From NCBI GenBank assembly GCA_965261615.1, contig OZ253461.1:1273223-1337222 (forward strand): DNA of 64,000 bases, read 5' to 3'. The notes under the pieces are model-generated. The model was given only the letters and a program-made list of their open reading frames with translations, was not told where the DNA came from and made no database searches. Positions 1 to 11,059 of this stretch are shown here, piece by piece. The position numbers were made by a program, and so were the translations under genes. How positions within the stretch are numbered: position 1 is the stretch's first letter; every line of letters begins with the position of its first letter. Source of the stretch: Alphaproteobacteria bacterium. GTDB lineage: Bacteria; Pseudomonadota; Alphaproteobacteria; Bin98.

Positions 1-896
1 CCAAATTCCGTCACCCATTTCAAGACCAAAAGAGCTTAACGTTGCGGGTGCAAAAAGGATTGAGCTTGCGAATATGGCAGGCATTACCCCAGCGTTATTA
101 ATACGCAACGGGAGGTAGTTACTCTGACCTGTTGCCCCGTGCTGCTGTCTTGGGTAGTGCATTGGTATACAGCGCTGTGCGCGCTCCATAAATACAATGA
201 AGCAAATCAAAAATGCTAATCCTATCAGCACCAATAAAATAAACAGCACATGATAATGTCCTTCACGTCCAAGAGCAAGCATTTTAAGAGCAGACTCTGG
301 AAGGTTGGCCACAATTCCTGCAAAAACAATCATGGAGACGCCATTACCAATTCCTCTAGCTGTAATTTGATCTCCCAACCATATTAAAAACATGGTGCTT
401 CCAGCCACGATACACATTGTTGTCAGTTGAAAGAACAAACCTGGCTGCAAAGCTACACCATTTAACTCCAAAGCTTTTGCTAATCCATAGGCTTGAAGTA
501 CAGACAGCCCCAAGGCACCATAACGTGTGTACTGAGAAATTTTCCGCTTTCCAGTATCTCCATCTTTTCGCAAGTGCTGCAAAGACGGAGTAGAGGCAAC
601 CATCAGCTGCACAACAATACTTGCAGATATATAAGGCATTATATTCAAAGAAAAAATCGTCATTCTCCACAAGGCACCCCCTGCAAACATGTCAATCATA
701 CCCAGAATACCCGTAGCATTACGTTTAGCTATTTCGCCCATAAGGGTTAAATCAACTCCTGGCAAAGGAATATATGTTCCCAAGCGATACACCACTAATG
801 CTAGCAAAGTGAAAATTAATTTTTTTCTTAAGCTCTTAGCCTGCTTAAAAAACTCTGGCGACATATTCGCCGTGATTTGTTCTGCAATAGACGTCA
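1..896 (-). CDS. secY: Preprotein translocase SecY (N-terminal portion; 3' end runs off window start)
   Basis: Manual reverse translation from ATG at 894-896 gives MTSIAEQITANMSPEFFKQAKSLRKKLIFTLLALVVYRLGTYIPLPGVD...GIGNGVSMIVFAGIVANLP, typical SecY; directly downstream of rplO as in spc operon; not in ORF track because no stop inside window. Confidence 0.9.
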
Positions 897-1388
897 TTAC
901 GCTTTAGCCTCCACTGCACCTTCACCTTCCTCAGAGCTCGCTGCCAAAGACACAAAGGCCCCCTTACTGGCAGACAGCGCCTCTTGCGCTGCTTTTGAAA
1001 TAGCATGCCCCTCAATAGTGAGAGCAGAAGAAAGCTTCATGTTTCCTAGAATCTTCACTTTTTTTGTCTTATCTGCTAGACCAATTGCAAGCATTTTTTC
1101 ATAAGTTAAAGGCTCTTTCGGATCAATCTTTCCATGAAAAATAAGTGACTCTATGCGCTTAAGATCTACTGGTGTAAAGTCTGGACGGTGTGAGTTAAAA
1201 CCTAAGCTTTTTGGAAGGCGCCGATAGAAAGGCATTTGTCCTCCCTCATACCCTTTGATAGAAACACCTGATCGAGCTTTTTGCCCTTTATGACCCTTTC
1301 CAGAAGTTTTTCCCCAACCTGAAGAGTGCCCACGACCAACACGACGAGCTTTTTGCCGAGCTCCCGGATTATCTCTTAAAAATTCCAT
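897..1388 (-). CDS. rplO: 50S ribosomal protein L15
   Basis: 163 aa, glycine/lysine-rich N-term RRVGRGHSSGWGKTSGKGHKGQK typical of L15; spc operon position. Confidence 0.95.
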   Translation of the reverse strand: MEFLRDNPGARQKARRVGRGHSSGWGKTSGKGHKGQKARSGVSIKGYEGGQMPFYRRLPKSLGFNSHRPDFTPVDLKRIESLIFHGKIDPKEPLTYEKMLAIGLADKTKKVKILGNMKLSSALTIEGHAISKAAQEALSASKGAFVSLAASSEEGEGAVEAKA

Positions 1389-1390
1389 GC

Positions 1391-1582
1391 TTATCCCTCT
1401 TCTACCATTAGTAAGTGCGAAATTTTATTGATATTCCCCCAAATAGTTGGGTGATTATCAAATGTACGTGAAGAGCTAATGCGCTTTAAGCCTAGAGACT
1501 GAGCGCAAGCTTTCTGCCACTCTGGCTTATTGTTAGTGCTCTTCACCAAAGTAACTTTTATTCTTTTTGCGTTCATGTTCAC
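1391..1582 (-). CDS. rpmD: 50S ribosomal protein L30
   Basis: 63 aa, KIKVTLVKS...GLKRI motif, between rpsE and rplO. Confidence 0.9.
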   Translation of the reverse strand: MNMNAKRIKVTLVKSTNNKPEWQKACAQSLGLKRISSSRTFDNHPTIWGNINKISHLLMVEEG

Positions 1583-2103
1583 GATGCACTCTCCTTAGCT
1601 TTTTTACGGCCTAAAACAAAAACAACTGGCTTACGACGCTTCTGCGCAATTTGGCGAGGCGAAGAAATACAAGAAAGTGCGTCAAATGTTGCTCGCACTA
1701 ACGTATGCGCACGTCTTGACCCTACAGCTTTACACACAACATCAGCAACTCCCAAAGCTTCTAAAACGGCTCTCATGGCACCTCCAGCGATCAAACCAGT
1801 ACCTTTAGGGGCTGGAAGCATAATAACCTTACCGGCGCCCTTTTTGTGCATAATGCTGTGGTGAATTGTTCGCCCTTCCTTCAGGTGCAAGCGAATCATA
1901 TCTCTTTGAGCCTTACGTGTAGCTTTTTTTATAGCCTCTGGAACCTCACGTGCTTTTCCTGTAGCGTATCCTACACTACCTTGACCGTCTCCTACAACTA
2001 CAAGCGCGGAAAACGAGAAGTTTTTACCTCCCTTTACCACCTTGGCCACACGACGAACGGAGACCAACTTTTCAATTAACTCTTTTCCTGAATCTTCCAT
2101 CAT
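1579..2103 (-). CDS. rpsE: 30S ribosomal protein S5
   Basis: 174 aa; [23 protein letters not shown] and [15 protein letters not shown] motifs; 4-nt overlap with rpmD. Confidence 0.95.
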   Translation of the reverse strand: MMEDSGKELIEKLVSVRRVAKVVKGGKNFSFSALVVVGDGQGSVGYATGKAREVPEAIKKATRKAQRDMIRLHLKEGRTIHHSIMHKKGAGKVIMLPAPKGTGLIAGGAMRAVLEALGVADVVCKAVGSRRAHTLVRATFDALSCISSPRQIAQKRRKPVVFVLGRKKAKESAS

Positions 2104-2108
2104 TTCAC

Positions 2109-2480
2109 CTAAACATTAATTCCTGCTTCACGCACAGCATCCACCAATGCCGCAACTCGTCCGTGATACCGATACGGCCCTTTATCTGCTATCATAAACT
2201 TATGCCCACCGGCCACAGCGCGCTCGCCCAAAAGCTTTCCAACTTTTGCTGCGATTTCTTTGGGCTCACCCTTTACGCCCTTAAACTCTTTTTCCAAAGA
2301 TGATGCAGAAACACATGTGGTGCGAGCTTCATCATCAATAACCTGCGCATATATGTGCTGCGAAGAGCGAAAAATTGATAAGCGCAAACGCTTTTCTGCG
2401 GAAGCTTTACGCGCAACTGCAACGGCATATCGCGCTCTGTTTTTTCTACGAACTCTTCTTAAGAAGTCTTTTTTATTCAT
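2109..2480 (-). CDS. rplR: 50S ribosomal protein L18
   Basis: 123 aa, [18 protein letters not shown] typical L18; spc order. Confidence 0.95.
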   Translation of the reverse strand: MNKKDFLRRVRRKNRARYAVAVARKASAEKRLRLSIFRSSQHIYAQVIDDEARTTCVSASSLEKEFKGVKGEPKEIAAKVGKLLGERAVAGGHKFMIADKGPYRYHGRVAALVDAVREAGINV

Positions 2481-3016
2481 TATTTCTTCTTCCCTTCTTT
2501 CATTCTTACAAACTCACCCTTATAACGAATTCCCTTTCCCTTATAAGGTTCCACTGGCCGCAGTTTACGAATACATGCGGCAACATGTCCTACAACCTGC
2601 TTATCGCAACCAGATACTATTACCTCTGTTTGCGTTGGACAAGTAATTGTCACACCTGCAGGAATATCAAAGGTTGTAGGAACACTGAAACCAATGTTCA
2701 TCTCTAAAACATTTCCTTTTACAGCTGCACGGAAACCAACACCTTTAAGCTCCAAAGACTTGCTCACCCCTTCGCTCACTCCATCTATGGCTCCGGAAAT
2801 CAAGCTTTGCGTTGTACCCCACATAGCCTTAGCTTCAATTGAAGAGGCATTCTCTATAGAGCATCGAACCTCCTCCGGAGAAATATCACACTTAACTAAT
2901 GGGTGTAAAGGCACAGACACAGAACCCTTAGATCCTGTAACGAGCACTCTTTGCCCTTCTTCCTGAACTTTGACCCCTGCGGGGATTTTCACTGGTCTAC
3001 TTCCTACTCGTGACAT
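2480..3016 (-). CDS. rplF: 50S ribosomal protein L6
   Basis: 178 aa, MSRVGSRPVKIPAGVKV start typical L6. Confidence 0.95.
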   Translation of the reverse strand: MSRVGSRPVKIPAGVKVQEEGQRVLVTGSKGSVSVPLHPLVKCDISPEEVRCSIENASSIEAKAMWGTTQSLISGAIDGVSEGVSKSLELKGVGFRAAVKGNVLEMNIGFSVPTTFDIPAGVTITCPTQTEVIVSGCDKQVVGHVAACIRKLRPVEPYKGKGIRYKGEFVRMKEGKKK

Positions 3017-3026
3017 AACTCAACTC

Positions 3027-3425
3027 CTACACTATTCCCAGCAACATTTCGCCACCGACACCTATTTCGCGCGCTTGACGACAGGACATCACTCCACGAG
3101 ATGTAGACAACACATAAACACCTAAGCCGTTAGCGACCTTGTCCATCTTGTCGACAGAGCGGTACACTCGACAGCCAGGCTTAGAAACACGCCACATACG
3201 ACGAATAACGCCACGACCTGATTGATAACGCAAGTGTACACGTATCATCAAAAAGCCTTTTGGACCTGTAATTTCCTCAAAGTCTTCTACGTAACCTTCT
3301 TCTTTTAAAACTGCGATAATAGCCTTTAAATACTTTGAATGCAAACAGTCTGCGTAATAATAATTACGCATTTGTGCATTTCTTATTCTACTTAAGGTAT
3401 CTGCGATTGGATCTGTTAATGACAT
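3027..3425 (-). CDS. rpsH: 30S ribosomal protein S8
   Basis: 132 aa, MSLTDPIADTLSRIRNA start typical S8. Confidence 0.95.
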   Translation of the reverse strand: MSLTDPIADTLSRIRNAQMRNYYYADCLHSKYLKAIIAVLKEEGYVEDFEEITGPKGFLMIRVHLRYQSGRGVIRRMWRVSKPGCRVYRSVDKMDKVANGLGVYVLSTSRGVMSCRQAREIGVGGEMLLGIV

Positions 3426-3434
3426 TTCTTTCTC

Positions 3435-3740
3435 CTACCAACTTGACTTCACAACACCAGCCATCAATCCTTCTGACGCCATACGTCGCAACTCAATACG
3501 ACTTAAATTACAAAAACGATACACAGAGCGTCCGCGCCCTGTAAGAGCACAGCGGTTACGCACTCTATTTGCCGCCCCATTACGAGGCATAGCTGCAAGC
3601 TGCATAGATAGCCGTACCCGCTCTTCTATGCTCGTATTGGCATCTCGCCTTTTTGCCCTCAGCTCTTTCCGCTTAGCGTACTGGGCGTTTGCCATACTGC
3701 GACGCTTTTTGTTTCTCTCAACTACACTTTTCTTTGCCAT
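3435..3740 (-). CDS. rpsN: 30S ribosomal protein S14 (long, non-zinc type)
   Basis: Track ORF 3435..3773 trimmed to MAKKSVVERNKKRR start (Met12); abuts rplE stop at 3742. Confidence 0.88.
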   Translation of the reverse strand: MAKKSVVERNKKRRSMANAQYAKRKELRAKRRDANTSIEERVRLSMQLAAMPRNGAANRVRNRCALTGRGRSVYRFCNLSRIELRRMASEGLMAGVVKSSW

Positions 3741-3741
3741 A

Positions 3742-4287
3742 CTAACCTTCTTTCTTCTTAAAAGGAAATCCAAATCCTTTCAAAAGAACTTGTGCTTCCG
3801 CATCAGTTTTTGCCGTTGTTACAAATGTAATTTGCATACTACGCATACGATCCACTGTATCGTAATGTATCTCATAAAATATCGTCTGCTCTTTGATACC
3901 CAAAGAGTAGTTTCCTCTTCCATCAAATACAGGATCCAAACCACGGAAGTCACGCACACGAGGAAGAGCCATATTAATTAAGCGATCAATAAACTCATAC
4001 ATTCTCAAAGAGCGTAAAGTTACTTTTGCACCAATAGGCATTCCTGTTCTGATTTTAAACCCTGCAATTGATCTCCGAGCTTTACAGCACACCGCTTTTT
4101 GACCAGAAATTGCCTCTAGGTCTCTCAAAGCAGCTTCAACCTGCTTCTTATCACGCGCACCTTCTCCTACACCCATGTTAACTGTTGCACTTACCAACCT
4201 TGGAATTTCCATCGTTGACTTGTACGCAAACTGCTTTTGCATATTAGGCGCAATTTCATTTCGATATTGTTCTAAAAGTCTAGCCAT
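3742..4287 (-). CDS. rplE: 50S ribosomal protein L5
   Basis: 181 aa, [14 protein letters not shown] start typical L5. Confidence 0.95.
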   Translation of the reverse strand: MARLLEQYRNEIAPNMQKQFAYKSTMEIPRLVSATVNMGVGEGARDKKQVEAALRDLEAISGQKAVCCKARRSIAGFKIRTGMPIGAKVTLRSLRMYEFIDRLINMALPRVRDFRGLDPVFDGRGNYSLGIKEQTIFYEIHYDTVDRMRSMQITFVTTAKTDAEAQVLLKGFGFPFKKKEG

Positions 4288-4289
4288 TT

Positions 4290-4613
4290 CTACTCCACAT
4301 CATCTATTAATTCTCTAGAAACTTTGGCATAACGCACCTTGCGGCCATTTTCCATCGTCATAATACCAACACGTGTTGGCCTTTGTGTTTTAGGATCCAT
4401 AAGCATTACATTCGACAGATGCAAAGAGCTTTCCTTTTCCACCACAGATCCTGGTTGATTTTGACGGGCCTTCATATTTCTTTTGACGACAGCAACGTCT
4501 TGAATCAGCACACGATTTAACTCACGCAACACTTTAAGAACCTGCCCACGTGCACCCTTATATTTTCCTGCAGTCACAATAACAAAATCACCTTTTTTTA
4601 CACGAGCAACCAT
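4290..4613 (-). CDS. rplX: 50S ribosomal protein L24
   Basis: 107 aa, [23 protein letters not shown] (KOW motif). Confidence 0.95.
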   Translation of the reverse strand: MVARVKKGDFVIVTAGKYKGARGQVLKVLRELNRVLIQDVAVVKRNMKARQNQPGSVVEKESSLHLSNVMLMDPKTQRPTRVGIMTMENGRKVRYAKVSRELIDDVE

Positions 4614-4981
4614 TACAACACCTCCGGGGCAAGTGAAATAATCTTCATCATTCCACGATCACGCAATTCACGTGTAACAGGACCAAAAATACGCGTTCCA
4701 ATTGGCTCTAATTTTGCATCCAACAACACTGCTGCATTTGAGTCAAAACGAATATCCATACCATCTGCACGACGCACAACATAAGCAGTCCTAACTATCA
4801 CGGCCTTATAAACCTTTCCTTTCTGGACACGTCCATTGGGAAGAGCGCTTTTAACGGACACGACAATAACATCGCCAATTCCCGCACTCATGCGTTTTGA
4901 TCCACCCAAAACTTTAATGCACTGGACAACTCGGGCTCCTGAGTTGTCTGCGGCTTTCAATGTACTTTGCATCTGTATCAT
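4613..4981 (-). CDS. rplN: 50S ribosomal protein L14
   Basis: Track ORF trimmed to [17 protein letters not shown] canonical L14 start; abuts rpsQ stop at 4984. Confidence 0.9.
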   Translation of the reverse strand: MIQMQSTLKAADNSGARVVQCIKVLGGSKRMSAGIGDVIVVSVKSALPNGRVQKGKVYKAVIVRTAYVVRRADGMDIRFDSNAAVLLDAKLEPIGTRIFGPVTRELRDRGMMKIISLAPEVL

Positions 4982-4983
4982 TT

Positions 4984-5226
4984 TTATGCACCCTCTTTCG
5001 TAGTCTGAACGACCCACTTTTTATTACGTGATAATGGCTTAGACTCCAAAATCGAAACCATATCACCTACTTTACAGCGGTTTTCAGCATCATGCGCAAA
5101 AAATCTCTTGCTTCGTGACACTCTTTTTCTGTACACTGGATGTTCAAAAAAACGACTGACTAAAACAACAACCGTTTTATCCATTTTATCAGATACTACT
5201 TTACCAAACAATATTTTTTTTGGCAT
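4984..5226 (-). CDS. rpsQ: 30S ribosomal protein S17
   Basis: 80 aa, [16 protein letters not shown] typical S17. Confidence 0.95.
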   Translation of the reverse strand: MPKKILFGKVVSDKMDKTVVVLVSRFFEHPVYRKRVSRSKRFFAHDAENRCKVGDMVSILESKPLSRNKKWVVQTTKEGA

Positions 5227-5429
5227 TATTCTCCACTCCTTCTTTTTATTGTCAGAAGAGTATTCATCCGAGCAATCAATTTACGCGTCTCTCTCAACAC
5301 ACTGGGAGACTTTAAAACACCACGCGCATGCTGCATACGAAAAGCAAGCAAGTTGGCTTTGTTTTCCATAATTGTCCGCTCTAGCTCCTCACTAGTTTTT
5401 TCTTCCAAAAATTTATATTTTTTCCTCAT
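5226..5429 (-). CDS. rpmC: 50S ribosomal protein L29
   Basis: L29 fold [24 protein letters not shown]; start chosen at MRKKYKF (Met7), immediately after rplP stop; the longer 5447 start would overlap rplP by 22 nt. Confidence 0.85.
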   Translation of the reverse strand: MRKKYKFLEEKTSEELERTIMENKANLLAFRMQHARGVLKSPSVLRETRKLIARMNTLLTIKRRSGE

Positions 5430-5842
5430 TCCATCTCTCCTCGACATACAAAGGCAACTTTTATGGGAAGTTTCGATCCCGCACCTTCCGCCGCCATTTG
5501 CGCCAGTTCTTTAGGAACTCCAGCAATCTCAAACATCAACGTACCAGGCTTTACACGTGCTGCCCAATACTCAGGGTTTCCTTTTCCTTTACCCATTCTC
5601 ACTTCAATTGGTTTTTTAGAAACAGGAAGCGCTGGAAAAATTTTAATCCAAGTACGCCCAGCCCTTTTCAAACGACGAGCCAAAACACGACGTGCAGACT
5701 CAATCTGCCTTGCAGAAATACGTCCGGGCTCTAACGCTTTAATGCCATACTCTCCAAAAGTGATCTGAGCGCCTTTCGTAGCAACTCCATGAATTCTACC
5801 CTTAAAGTGTTTTCTAAATTTAGTTTTCTTCGGGGACAACAT
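5426..5842 (-). CDS. rplP: 50S ribosomal protein L16
   Basis: 138 aa, [19 protein letters not shown] typical L16. Confidence 0.95.
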   Translation of the reverse strand: MLSPKKTKFRKHFKGRIHGVATKGAQITFGEYGIKALEPGRISARQIESARRVLARRLKRAGRTWIKIFPALPVSKKPIEVRMGKGKGNPEYWAARVKPGTLMFEIAGVPKELAQMAAEGAGSKLPIKVAFVCRGEME

Positions 5843-5848
5843 AACAAC

Positions 5849-6529
5849 CTACCTTACTAGCGCATTATCACGCACACGCTTATCGTGTGCCATAGCATCA
5901 TGCTCCAATATATCTCCAGTGTATATCCATACTTTCACGCCAATTGTACCATACGTTGTGTAAGCCACCGACAAACCATAATCCACATCCGCACGCAACT
6001 TATGCAATGGCACACGGCCTTCTCTGTACCACTCCATACGAGCAATTGCCGCACCACCTAATCGACCAGAACAGTTAACTCGAATACCTAACGCTCCAGC
6101 TCGCATTGTAAGTCGCATAGCACGACGCATAGCACGACGAAAAGAAACACGCTTCTCTAATTGTTGAGCAATTGATCCACCCACAATTCGCGCGTCCAAA
6201 GCTGGACGTCTCACCTCTAAAACAGAAACGGTTACATCTGTTTTAATCAACTTGCTAATATCACGACGCAAAACATTAATATCCTCTCCCTTACGCCCAA
6301 TTATGATTCCAGGGTAAGCTGAGTAACAAATAACTTTAACACGACTGGCTGTGCGTTCAACAACCACACGCGATATTCCCGCAGAGTAGCGAAGTTTCTT
6401 CATCACAAAATCACGTATCATCGTGTCTTGCAACAAAAACTCTGCATAATTCTTTTGTGAGTGCCAGCGCGCATCCCAGGTATTATTAATACCCAAACGA
6501 AGCCCTACGGCATTAACTTTTTGACCCAT
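5849..6529 (-). CDS. rpsC: 30S ribosomal protein S3
   Basis: KH domain protein; start trimmed to [13 protein letters not shown] canonical S3 start, abutting rplV stop. Confidence 0.9.
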   Translation of the reverse strand: MGQKVNAVGLRLGINNTWDARWHSQKNYAEFLLQDTMIRDFVMKKLRYSAGISRVVVERTASRVKVICYSAYPGIIIGRKGEDINVLRRDISKLIKTDVTVSVLEVRRPALDARIVGGSIAQQLEKRVSFRRAMRRAMRLTMRAGALGIRVNCSGRLGGAAIARMEWYREGRVPLHKLRADVDYGLSVAYTTYGTIGVKVWIYTGDILEHDAMAHDKRVRDNALVR

Positions 6530-6530
6530 T

Positions 6531-6878
6531 TCACCCTTCCTTTTCTTCCAAAACAATAGTCACGCGACTAAAAGGCTTCATCAACATAGAGCCTCGCCCT
6601 TTAGCTCGTGGCATTGAACGCTTCATAACAAATGACTTTCCTACTCGCACTTCTTTCACCACGAGATCGTCTACATCCATAGAGTTATTGTTTTCTGCAT
6701 TCGCGATCGCTGAATTCAACAAAACACGCATAGGCTCAGCGACCCTTTTTTGCACAAAAGATAAAATCTTCACTGCTTTTTGCGCGTCTTTTTTCCGAAT
6801 TAAAGCGGCTACTAGGTTCACTTTCTGAGGTGAACCTTTCACGGCTTTAAGAGTTGCGGTTGCTTGCATTTTACTCAC
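6531..6878 (-). CDS. rplV: 50S ribosomal protein L22
   Basis: 115 aa; S10 operon position between rpsS and rpsC. Confidence 0.93.
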   Translation of the reverse strand: MSKMQATATLKAVKGSPQKVNLVAALIRKKDAQKAVKILSFVQKRVAEPMRVLLNSAIANAENNNSMDVDDLVVKEVRVGKSFVMKRSMPRAKGRGSMLMKPFSRVTIVLEEKEG

Positions 6879-6889
6879 TTTTCACCTTC

Positions 6890-7165
6890 TTATTTCTTCT
6901 TCTTCTTATCATCACCATGTCCACGGTACGTACGTGTTGGAGAAAACTCACCCAACTTGCACCCAACCATTTCTGGTGTTACATAAACTGCTTTAAAGCT
7001 TCGCCCATCGTGCACTGCAAACGTCAAGCCGACAAAGCTTGGCAGTACCGTAGAACGACGTGACCAAGTTTTAATCACCTCTCTTTTTCCCGAGGCAACA
7101 GCAGCTTCTACTTTTTTCAACAGATGTCCATCCACAAATGGACCTTTCCAAATCGATCTAGCCAT
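6890..7165 (-). CDS. rpsS: 30S ribosomal protein S19
   Basis: 91 aa, [19 protein letters not shown] canonical S19. Confidence 0.95.
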   Translation of the reverse strand: MARSIWKGPFVDGHLLKKVEAAVASGKREVIKTWSRRSTVLPSFVGLTFAVHDGRSFKAVYVTPEMVGCKLGEFSPTRTYRGHGDDKKKKK

Positions 7166-7166
7166 C

Positions 7167-7994
7167 TTACTTCCTTCTTCTAATAATCAAACGAGTTGAA
7201 TACTTCTTTTTCGCCCGTGTTTTCTTACCCTTACAGTTCACACCCCAAGGCGTTACTGGGTGGCGTCCTCCTGAGGTACGCCCTTCTCCTCCACCGTGCG
7301 GGTGGTCAATTGGGTTCATCGCAACACCTCGCACTGTCGGTTTCTTACCTAACCAACGAGAGCGACCGGCTTTACCAACATTAACGTTTCTTTTATCTGG
7401 GTTTGACACAGAGCCGACCACTGCCATGCAGTGGTAAGGCAACATACGCAGCTCTCCAGAACTTAATCTTAACTGTGCATATCCAGCATCTTTACCAACA
7501 AGCTGTGCATAAGCCCCTGCGGAACGCGCAAGAACGCCTCCAGCTCCAACTCGCATTTCCACACAGTGAACTAACAGTCCAACAGGAATATAACGCAAAG
7601 GCATTGCATTTCCTACGCGAGGATCAATGGCCTCTTTCGAGGAAAGCACCTTATCTCCTTCTGCAAGCTTTTGTGGCGCTACAATGTACTTTTTCTCGCC
7701 ATCTGCATATTCAATCAAAGCAATAAAAGCAGTTCGTCCTGGGTCATACTCCAAACGCAACACAGTACCCTCAACATCATACTTGTTACGTAAAAAGTCT
7801 ACATCTCTAATTAATCGCTTATGTCCGCCACCACGGTGACGCACCGTAATGCGCCCTTGTGCGTTACGCCCACCTGAAGACTTTTTAATATGCACCAAAG
7901 ATTTTTCCGGACGCCCTTTCCACAAACCAGAGCGATCCACTTGTATTAAACCACGCAAACTTGGCGTAATCGGATTATAGGTCTTTAAAGCCAT
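7167..7994 (-). CDS. rplB: 50S ribosomal protein L2
   Basis: 275 aa, [19 protein letters not shown] and [24 protein letters not shown] signatures. Confidence 0.96.
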   Translation of the reverse strand: MALKTYNPITPSLRGLIQVDRSGLWKGRPEKSLVHIKKSSGGRNAQGRITVRHRGGGHKRLIRDVDFLRNKYDVEGTVLRLEYDPGRTAFIALIEYADGEKKYIVAPQKLAEGDKVLSSKEAIDPRVGNAMPLRYIPVGLLVHCVEMRVGAGGVLARSAGAYAQLVGKDAGYAQLRLSSGELRMLPYHCMAVVGSVSNPDKRNVNVGKAGRSRWLGKKPTVRGVAMNPIDHPHGGGEGRTSGGRHPVTPWGVNCKGKKTRAKKKYSTRLIIRRRK

Positions 7995-7995
7995 C

Positions 7996-8280
7996 TTATG
8001 TCCATCCTTCTATTTTTTGACCAGCTTTGAGCTTAACCAAAGCTTTCTTAAAACCAGACTGCACGCCTCGCTTTCCTCTAAAACTCTTACTTTTTGATGG
8101 TTTCATCACAATTTTCACTGAAAGGACTTCCACCTTCCAAATAGTAGCTACAGCGTGTGCAACTAGCTTTTTGTTTGCCAACTTGTGAACAACCAAAGAA
8201 AACACATTTTGATCTTCCGACAAGCGCATCGCTTTTTCGGTAACGTGTGATTTTTTAATGACATCATAAATCGTTAACAT
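7996..8280 (-). CDS. rplW: 50S ribosomal protein L23
   Basis: 94 aa, position between rplD and rplB. Confidence 0.9.
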   Translation of the reverse strand: MLTIYDVIKKSHVTEKAMRLSEDQNVFSLVVHKLANKKLVAHAVATIWKVEVLSVKIVMKPSKSKSFRGKRGVQSGFKKALVKLKAGQKIEGWT

Positions 8281-8281
8281 A

Positions 8282-8908
8282 TTACAACCTCACTTTTTCC
8301 ATTACGCCATCTAAGGCATCTCGGTGCACCACAATCATCTTATGTTTAAGCGTGTCTTTAACATTTAGACCTTGCACAGGAAGAACAGAAACACCCTTCA
8401 AGTTAGCAGTTGCGCGCAGCAAATTCGGAGAGGATTCCTTACTTGAGTTAACAAACAAGAAAGAATCCCACTCATTATTACGAAACATTTGAACGACGTC
8501 CTTGGTCTTAGCAGACGTAAAATCCACGTCATCCATAATAAAGAATGATTGGTTTTGAGCTCTCAAAGCAATTGCTGAGCGCAACCCCATACGTCGTACA
8601 CGCTTTTGCAAAAGAAAACTTCTTTTTGCTCCAATAGAAAAGGTGACTCCACCTCCACGCATGTGTGGGGCAACCACAGTTCCCTGACGGGCTCGCCCTG
8701 TACCTTTTTGTCTAAAAGGCTTTCCCTTACGTGCGGCAACCATCGCACGGCTCTTCACCGCACGACTACGCTCAGAAGCGTGAAAATCCTGCCAGCGAAC
8801 AACCCTATGCATTACATCATAACGCACAGTTTTTTCTTCCATCAACCATTCGGGAAGCGTAACGCTTCCACACTCTTTCTTGTCCCAATTAATTATACTT
8901 GCCTTCAT
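8282..8908 (-). CDS. rplD: 50S ribosomal protein L4
   Basis: 208 aa, FRQKGTGRARQG motif. Confidence 0.95.
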   Translation of the reverse strand: MKASIINWDKKECGSVTLPEWLMEEKTVRYDVMHRVVRWQDFHASERSRAVKSRAMVAARKGKPFRQKGTGRARQGTVVAPHMRGGGVTFSIGAKRSFLLQKRVRRMGLRSAIALRAQNQSFFIMDDVDFTSAKTKDVVQMFRNNEWDSFLFVNSSKESSPNLLRATANLKGVSVLPVQGLNVKDTLKHKMIVVHRDALDGVMEKVRL

Positions 8909-9534
8909 TGTGACCCCTTCACCGCAGTACGCACTCGAACGTATTCACCACGCGGACCTGGCACTGAACCTTTAATCATCAGTACGCCATCTTCTTCTCT
9001 AACACCAAAAACAACCAGGTTCTGAACTGTAACAAACTTATTACCCATCTGACCAGCCATTTTTTTACCTTTCCAGACACGCCCCGGATCTTGACAGTTT
9101 CCGGTACTTCCAAGGGACCTGTGAGAAACTGACACACCGTGCGATGCTCGTAAACCTGCAAAGTTGTGCCTTTTCATTCCACCAGCAAACCCTTTACCTT
9201 TCGAAACTGAACGTACATCGACCATATCACCACTTGCAAAAATGCTGACTGACAAATCTGTTCCAATCTCTGGCAAATCGTTTGTGGCGCGCACCTCACG
9301 AATATAACGAGTGGGCTCTTGCTTCGCGGCCTCAAAAAGACCCTTTCGTGGTTTATTCATACGCGGGGAAGCTTTGCCGTAACCCACACAGTACGCGTTA
9401 TAACCATTTTTGGCAACATCTTTCCGTCCCACAACACGACACTCTTCTTTTTGCAGAACCGTAACTGGCACACACGCACCGGCCTCATCAAACACTTGTG
9501 TCATTCCAACTTTTTTCAAAAATAAATACTGCAT
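8905..9534 (-). CDS. rplC: 50S ribosomal protein L3
   Basis: 209 aa, KKVGMTQVFDEAG start; 4-nt overlap with rplD. Confidence 0.95.
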   Translation of the reverse strand: MQYLFLKKVGMTQVFDEAGACVPVTVLQKEECRVVGRKDVAKNGYNAYCVGYGKASPRMNKPRKGLFEAAKQEPTRYIREVRATNDLPEIGTDLSVSIFASGDMVDVRSVSKGKGFAGGMKRHNFAGLRASHGVSVSHRSLGSTGNCQDPGRVWKGKKMAGQMGNKFVTVQNLVVFGVREEDGVLMIKGSVPGPRGEYVRVRTAVKGSQ

Positions 9535-9543
9535 CTTACTCTC

Positions 9544-9858
9544 CTAGGACTGCAACTCCACGTCAACCCCTGAAGAAAGCTCCAAGCTCATCAAAGCATC
9601 CACTGTGGCTCTTGTCCAAGATTTTACACGAATTAAACGCACATGTACATTAATTTCAAACTGCTCACGCGATTTTTTGTCAATGTGAGGCGAACGGTTG
9701 ACCGTATACTTTTTCTTTGTGGTCGGCATAGGGATCGGCCCGACAACCGTAGCACCAGACTGCATAACGGTCGCAACAATTTCACGAACCGCACGATCTA
9801 ATATACGAAAGTCATACGATTTTAATCTAATCCCGATTGTATTTTCTGTTTTTAACAT
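9544..9858 (-). CDS. rpsJ: 30S ribosomal protein S10
   Basis: 104 aa, [19 protein letters not shown] canonical S10. Confidence 0.95.
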   Translation of the reverse strand: MLKTENTIGIRLKSYDFRILDRAVREIVATVMQSGATVVGPIPMPTTKKKYTVNRSPHIDKKSREQFEINVHVRLIRVKSWTRATVDALMSLELSSGVDVELQS

Positions 9859-9860
9859 GG

Positions 9861-11059
9861 CTCTACTTCAATATTTTTGACACAACACCCGCACCTACAG
9901 TACGTCCACCTTCTCGAACTGCAAAGCGCAATCCTTCTTCCATCGCAATAGGAACCAGCAACTCTACTGTAAACTTAACGTTATCTCCTGGCATCACCAT
10001 CTCTACACCATCTGGCAAAGATACTGCTCCTGTCACGTCTGTTGTTCTAAAGTAAAACTGTGGGCGATAGTTGGAGAAAAATGGCGTGTGCCTTCCTCCC
10101 TCATCTTTAGTCAACACGTAAACCTCTGCTTCAAAGTGAATGTGTGGCGTCACAGAGCCTGGCTTAGCCAAAACTTGCCCTCTGTGAATATCCTCTTTCT
10201 TCACTCCTCTCAGCAATAGACCTACGTTATCTCCAGCGGCCCCTTCATCCAACAACTTACGGAACATCTCCACTCCTGTAACTGTTGTCTTCTCAGTGTC
10301 TTTACCAAGACCCACTAGCTCAACTTCTTCTCCTACCTTAATCTCTCCGGACTCAATCCTTCCTGTCGCAACAGTTCCTCTTCCAGAGATGGAAAATACA
10401 TCTTCCACTGGCATCAAGAAACTCTTGTCGATCGCTCTCTCCGGTTGTGGAATATGAGAATCCACCGCTTCCATAAGCTCAGCAACTGCTCCAACCCACT
10501 TAGCGTCTCCTTCCAAAGCTCCCAAAGCCGATCCCTTAATCACAGGAATTGTATCTCCATCATACTCGTACTTAGACACAAGCTCTCTCACTTCCATCTC
10601 AACAAGCTCAACCAATTCCGGATCGTCAACTTGATCTACTTTGTTCAAAAACACCACTAGTGCCGGAACTCCTACCTGCCTTGCAAGAAGCAAGTGCTCT
10701 CTCGTCTGTGGCATAGGACCATCTGTCGCAGATACAACCATAATGGCTCCATCCATCTGCGCAGCACCCGTAATCATGTTCTTAATGTAGTCCGCGTGCC
10801 CAGGACAGTCTACGTGTGCATAGTGTCGATTCTCTGTCTCGTACTCTACGTGAGACGTGTTGATCGTAATCCCTCTCGCCTTCTCTTCCGGAGCACTGTC
10901 AATCGCCGCATAATCTCTAAACTCAGCTCCACCTTTTTCCGCCATCACTTTCGTAATCGCCGCTGTCAACGTCGTTTTACCATGATCCACGTGTCCTATC
11001 GTACCGATATTACAATGCGGTTTATTTCTTTCAAATTTTTCCTTTGACATCTTACTCCT
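9861..11059. repeat. 1.2-kb repeat unit A: tuf1 CDS plus SD, matching 25253..26451
   Basis: Line-by-line comparison by eye found no difference; identical antisense shadow ORFs in the track at both loci support this; flanks diverge just past the SD (tcgattg vs aacaag) and at the 3' end. Confidence 0.9.
9863..11050 (-). CDS. tuf: Elongation factor Tu (copy 1, at end of str operon)
   Basis: [27 protein letters not shown] canonical start; AGGAG SD 5 nt upstream; fusA stop TAA 1 nt before ATG; upstream in-frame extension in the track is read-through of the fusA region. Confidence 0.96.
   Translation of the reverse strand: MSKEKFERNKPHCNIGTIGHVDHGKTTLTAAITKVMAEKGGAEFRDYAAIDSAPEEKARGITINTSHVEYETENRHYAHVDCPGHADYIKNMITGAAQMDGAIMVVSATDGPMPQTREHLLLARQVGVPALVVFLNKVDQVDDPELVELVEMEVRELVSKYEYDGDTIPVIKGSALGALEGDAKWVGAVAELMEAVDSHIPQPERAIDKSFLMPVEDVFSISGRGTVATGRIESGEIKVGEEVELVGLGKDTEKTTVTGVEMFRKLLDEGAAGDNVGLLLRGVKKEDIHRGQVLAKPGSVTPHIHFEAEVYVLTKDEGGRHTPFFSNYRPQFYFRTTDVTGAVSLPDGVEMVMPGDNVKFTVELLVPIAMEEGLRFAVREGGRTVGAGVVSKILK

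Noticed and set aside
356-670. 104-aa minus-strand ORF inside the secY region (alternate frame)
   Set aside because: The secY frame translates continuously as a convincing SecY from the ATG at 896 through this region; this ORF is a frame-shifted shadow
10694-11047. Plus-strand 117-aa ORF, and the similar 71-aa ORF, antisense to both tuf copies (also 26086-26439)
   Set aside because: Antisense shadow ORFs within a highly expressed conserved gene; R/S-rich junk composition; duplicated only because tuf is duplicated
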